A DNA stretch of 64,000 nucleotides from Octopus sinensis (taxonomy: Eukaryota): assembly GCF_006345805.1 (NCBI RefSeq), contig NW_021835990.1, positions 366,824 through 430,823 on the forward strand, read 5' to 3'. The notes beneath the pieces were generated by a model. It was not told the origin of the DNA. It was given only the letters and a program-made list of their open reading frames with translations, and searched no databases. Each line of letters starts with the position of its first letter. Within the stretch, counting starts at the first letter, position 1. Shown here piece by piece: positions 58,671-64,000 of this stretch. The position numbers and the translations under genes were made by a program.

Positions 58671-59269
58671 ATTAAAATATTTAATTAGGACTTTCAATCC
58701 TGATTGATTGATAGTCTTTCTTCTCTTTTTAGGAGAAGTTTGTCAATTTGTCGGAATAGAGTTTGGATGTTCAAATTATTCCCACACCCTCAGAGTTGCC
58801 AAGCATGTGATTAAACAGTCTCTGGACTGTCTCCAAATCCAAACCCTACACTTCACTACAGATCAAAATCGGAAAGTACTGCGAGTCGAGGAAATCAAAG
58901 TCAGAAAAAAATAAATTGTCCTCAAATCGCAAACTGGTCATGATGCAATCAATTTGGACCTCAATTAACCAACCCGTGATGATTCCCGCATGCCAAATGA
59001 ATGGAGTAATCGTTAGTATATTCACCTGGGTTGCCACTGTTTGGTAATTCTCTCAACATTTCTTTAAGTCTGCAAATAGAACAGCACATCGAGGCGTCGA
59101 CGGCGATTCCCGACACAAATCGGATAATTCAGAGGGTGAGGTGGAAAATCTTTTAGAGTATTCATTTTTCAGAATGATCAAAATTTCTAATGAATTTCAC
59201 TTTCCATTCCAAATAAAAATTGTTAAAGCTAAATTAATTTCCCTAGAAAACTCGCCAAAGTAATTTCTG

Positions 59270-59550
59270 TGTAGGTGGCAGCCATTGGTGGTGTCCCCAA
59301 TGGACTAGTTGATGTGTGGGAGGCGACAGGAGGCCGGAAGGAGACGATGCATACGTGGGACACTACTCGAAATCACAATTTGGGATGTAGCTATGCTTGT
59401 AGGAAACGGATTGACAGAATGTACTTAAAAAGTGATTTACTGACACCTATTCACTTCGAATTGGTGGGTTTAGAGATCGTGCCTAACACTCAACTGTTTC
59501 TCAGCGATCACTGGGGGATGTTGCACATTTTGTTCTTTAAATTTTCTTTT
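59270..59550 (+). pseudogene. TDP2: Tyrosyl-DNA phosphodiesterase 2 C-terminal exon (catalytic middle not found upstream)
   Basis: GGVPNGLVDVWEATG....HTWDT..N.NL....C..RIDR...LVGLE....FLSDHWG. Confidence 0.78.
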
Positions 59551-59641
59551 GAATGTTTATTAATATGATAATTTGCTTGTCGACAACTTTGCTATCTTGT
59601 ACAATATTCAGATGTTATTGCAAGCATGGGAAGCCTTTTTC

Positions 59642-59740
59642 AAGAATATCCTCAATGATGAGGTTCTTAAATGTCCCCGACTCACACGATTAAGTCCTTA
59701 AAACCTTCCCACCAAAAAAATTTAAAAAATTCTTTTCAAA
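59642..59740 (+). repeat. Solo diverged relative of the 96-bp satellite start
   Basis: AAGAATATCCTCAATGATGAGGT matches 25635-25657 with one mismatch, followed by GTCCCCGACTCACACGAT..AAAACCTT..AAAAAAATTTAAAAAATT. Confidence 0.75.
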
Positions 59741-60477
59741 TTTGACCATGACAGAGTGTGGAAATAAAAGATTGCCGACTTTGAATAGAGTGTGCAATGA
59801 ACAGATTTTTAAAAAAACTTTGTTGAACGTCTGGGATGGAATAGTATCTTAATTTTACAAGAATCACCAAAATTCTCTAAAAGTCGAGGATTCAACTCAT
59901 GCCTATGTCCAGACAATTGTGATTAAAAAGACATTAGAGAGCATGCATCCGAAATAAAAACTCTCAAGTACGGCAGCGAATCCCGTAACAAGTATTTCAA
60001 TGAGTGTTGGGACAAAAATGAGCAATTGAATGGAGGAATTACCCACCACGACACATCAATGAAACTTTTCGAGAACACTGACTCCGTATCCCGGCCCATG
60101 AGTCTAGCAGAAGGAGGAAGATTGGAGACGAATAGGAGGAAGCCGGAACTAATATTATCCGGATAAGATATTTCTCCAGTTTGATTAATTTTCTAATTCG
60201 AACCTTTTGAATTTACCTAATAAAAGAATAAAATTTTTTGTGGTTTTTAAGTTTTTTTTAGCTCTTTATAGAGGACAGGATTTATTCACAAGCCAGGTTT
60301 CACCACTCAAGGTCTCCACTTAAACATTTCATCGTTTTTTAAAAAGTAGAATTAGGGTAGTAATTTTACTAGGATTAAAGTTGGTGGAATAAATGCTAAG
60401 AAGGTAACTCTTAAGTAATCAGATGGAAGTAAAGTTTCGATTTTACTGGAAATACATTGGTAAAAATAAATAATAGA

Positions 60478-61079
60478 ATGGACGATTCAGTTCTTGTGGT
60501 GTTTGATTTAGGTGTGTCTGATATTTAAAATAAAGACTATACACTATGGAATTGCTACATCGAATGTGTCTCCCATTCATTATTCACTGACAAGTCATTT
60601 CCAGAACTTCATTTTAGGACGATCGACATCCATGAATATCCTTTTGTCGACTCCACTAAAATACTGCAAAAATACTCTTCTAAATTCCCACTGGCAGTTG
60701 CATCGAGGTATTGCAAACTACAAGCCCAGGTCGGTAGATTTGGAGGGAGCACAAAAATGCTTAAACGGTTGGATTGGGAAAAGTACTTTCGTGAAATACT
60801 GATCATTCCTTGCAACAAAAAACATCATTTTAAAATGTATTATCGTCCAATGCATTTTGTAGTCTTGAAAAAAAATTTGGAATTCCGTTTAAACGGATGA
60901 TTTTTTTTGACGATGAAATGGACAATATTCGCCAAGTTGGTTCTTTGGGTTGTCGTATTTTGCCTATTTTAGGCGTCTTCTGCGTTTTTGTTCCCAATGG
61001 GGTTTGCCTCAATCTGGAATTGACAAATTTATCAAAAAAACTCACAATATTTAGATTTGTGGTTAAATTGCTCGAATAA
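60478..61079 (+). CDS. MDP1: Magnesium-dependent phosphatase 1 (HAD family), complete, four introns of 24, 22, 26 and 24 nt
   Basis: LVVFDL|DYTLW, AVASR, EGA..ML, K.HHF, GIPFKRMIFFDDE..NI..V..LGV.C..VPNG; all splices restore frame. Confidence 0.9.
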
Positions 61080-64000
61080 TTTTTATTAAAATTTCACAAT
61101 TACTTTATGTTGGTTATTCTAGAATTCAATTTAATCAATTAATTATGGAAAATAATGAGCGATCCATTCTTAATAATTAGTTCAACCTGACTTCAGGAGG
61201 TAGGTTTTCAGGAATGGTAGGTAAAGAGGTGTAATACAGCCAATAATTCCGAATGTCAGATTTGTAGAACTTTGTTGATAGTTCCGGGTTTTTCTCATAC
61301 ATTGAACTTTATATGTAAAATAATTTAAAAATTATAAATGTAATTAAATTCTGATTAATAATCTAAAATGATATAATTTTAAATTGTATAAAAGTTAAGA
61401 AATTCCCAAATTGTTTAAAAAATTAATAAAATAATAATCAATAGTTTTTTCTTCATAGATAAGTTTCTGATCATGTTGTTAATTGATTCAAGTGAACTTA
61501 AATCAAAATTTTCATTTTGATAATAAAATTTCTTAATTTATCGTGGGAGTTTTGAGGATCTTTGATTTGGCAGGGAATCTTGTAGTCGGGGATGTCATAT
61601 TTGTAGATTCCTTCGAGATTTGACGTTATTCCCTTTTTGTTGATTACATAATCTTCTGGTTTGTCAGCTAAAGGGACTGTTTGTGTGTTTTTTAATTGTC
61701 CTTTTACTCGGGATGGAGTATAACTTGTGTTTACTAACCAATTCATGTTTGGAATTTCTAATTTAGTATTTAATGTTTAATACCTGAACTTATTGGATCT
61801 GATTCGTTGTCACAACTCATGGCACCACAAGAACATTCTTTAATTAAACTTTTTTTATTTTAAATAATTATGAAAATATATATATTAATAATAATACTTA
61901 TTAATTATGAATGACTCTAATTCAATAAATAAGTTAAATGGACTTGAAATTATTTTTCCACAGGAAACCATTTGATATTATGTCAGATTGTAAAATTTCT
62001 ACTTTGTAAAACATAAAATATTATTTTAAAATATTTAGCAAAATTTGTGAACTAATCATAGTTTCTGTTTATTCATTGTTAAATTATGTAAGAAATTACG
62101 TTTTAAAAAATAATATAACCCGTATTGTGACTTTTTTTTAGAAATGGATTCTTTTTTAATCCAGTAGTTTTAAACTCTAACAATTTGTACATTCCTAATT
62201 ATTTTTACTCCACTGTTGATAACCAATATATTTCCGATTTTTATCTAAATAATTAAACTTGGTCAACTTGGCAACTGAAATGTCAACCAACGTATTTGCT
62301 TCATTTGACACCAAATAATTGTTCTTTCTTATTCCACACCGAAAGCCCAATAAATTATTTTTCAGGATTCAATCATCCTGAATTTATGTTTTTACGACAA
62401 TCCACAAGAAATTGGAAATTCTTATTGTCCCTTTGATGGCTGTATATATAACTTTTCAAATATTCATCCTTCAGAGGTTCATTATGACGACTTGTCCTGT
62501 CCTTCTGAAATTCAGATTAATCCTTATACATATCCGCAATTTTGTAAACCTTATATTATCGACAATCCACAACAAATAGACAACCTTCTCCGTTTTTGAA
62601 ATACAAAATTCAATCTTTACCAAAAACTTCACAAATAAATAAAAACCTACTATTCATCTGAAATCCAATTGAAACAAGTTTGTGTCACCTCTGAACAGTT
62701 TGACACGAAAATTTTAGGTGAAAAAAACCGTTCTCCTACCAAAATAAACTTTAAAGACAAAAAGCCACCGAATTATCAAATAAAGATCAAAAGAGTTTGG
62801 CAAAGTAATAATTTTTGATATTTTTTATTGTTAGGATTGAAAAGAAAGAAAACTGCACTTCGTATGAAAATTCTACGACAAGAAGAACAAAAACAATTAA
62901 ATGAATTAAAGAAGAAATTGAATATCACTAGTAAAACCCAAGTGGAAACCTTAAAAAATAGCCGCGGGATTGAAACAGACAAAAGAGACAGTTATGGAAA
63001 ATATGGTGCACTCTTTTATGAAAATGGGAGCTATCAAAATGAGATACACGGAAATAGCCACGATAAATACAAGGAAAAACATGACTTACCTTTATAACTA
63101 GTTTTATTATTTGCGGCCGTAGATAAAATATTAGACGTGAATAAAGTTTTAAACTACTTATGAGTGCCTGAATGGATAAGATCACTATTTGAAATCAGAT
63201 CAAAACTACAAATATTTGTAATTGATTAAATTCAACTTATTTAAGCGAAACCAACAAAAAGTTAAAAAAAGAAAATAAGAAAAGCTATTTTTTAAGAAGC
63301 CAATCGATACTAAGACTGGAGGATCGTCTGAAATATAATTTTATTTTTGTCAAAAATACCGTTTTCTGTCATCTTTCTTATACCCTTTATCATCTTTTTG
63401 ATCTTCGCCGCATCTCTTTTGATCTTTTTCTTGGTCTCGAAGTGCTTTTGGTTTTCTGTTGACACACACTTTTGGGATTTCCAAATTTCTCATAAATGTG
63501 TATATGTCCGTTTTTTATCGACGACATCTGATAAATAATTGTTATACTAATCAAACAATATATTTGCCAGTCATCAGTTGTGATAGGGTCTGGTAGTCTT
63601 ATAAATTTGGCTCTTGGATTATCCCATTGACGCATAGCTTCTCTCTCGATATCTATAAACGCATCCCAACGTTTGCCCCAAATGTCATCATTCATTGTAT
63701 TTGAATCGTCCCATTCTCTCCACAGAGATTTTCTTTGAGTCTCATTTTGGCTATTCCAGTTGATGTCTGAGCACATCAGCTTTACATCGACATGGAATTC
63801 TCATGCAAGTACAGTTGTGATTATCTTCAGGCATATTTGATCGTTAACGCGTAAATAATATTGACTGTATTTATATCGATTTGGGGCGTGTTCGGCTTAA
63901 TAAATTAGAAATCAAAAAAATTTACGGCATTGACGCGTAATTTATTATTAAAATAGTAAGAAAATACACTTTTTACTATATTTTTTCAATATATTTTAGA

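Noticed and set aside
59800-60150. SET1-like RRM fragment on the minus strand
   Set aside because: A single weak motif (KILFHPR) among stops.

Overview
AT-rich eukaryotic, almost certainly animal, genomic DNA. Supporting genes are basonuclin/disco, CENP-C, SNAPC4, Raptor and BLTP2. Spliceosomal introns are ultra-short (about 19-39 nt GT..AG), as known from reduced parasites such as dicyemids or myxozoans; that identity is inference only. There is no prokaryotic architecture, rRNA, credible tRNA gene or CRISPR array. The window is a transposon-rich patchwork with four components. (1) A few apparently complete host genes: basonuclin-like, cyclin E-like, MDP1, a CENP-C-like gene and an orphan 11-aa-repeat membrane protein. 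(2) Many abruptly truncated, intron-retaining, often degenerate fragments of normally single-copy housekeeping genes (AlaRS, POLE twice, MAK, BLTP2, POLR3A, a USP, glycogen phosphorylase, Raptor, SNAPC4, TDP2) plus cathepsin L twice. (3) Short intra-window duplications. (4) Mobile elements: an intact pogo, a complete but internally deleted hAT, a Tc1 half, several CRE-clade, R4-like, RTE and APE LINE remnants, and two tRNA-derived SINE copies. The best-supported unusual structure is a three-level nest at 24,254-30,943. It is a Ginger/TDD-like integrase DNA transposon (TGT..ACA TIRs, 5-bp TSD, micro-introns) interrupted by a Helitron that carries a 36-copy 96-bp satellite array and a doubled 3' terminator hairpin. 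All protein family calls are by-eye motif recognition, not database searches, and fragment boundaries are approximate.
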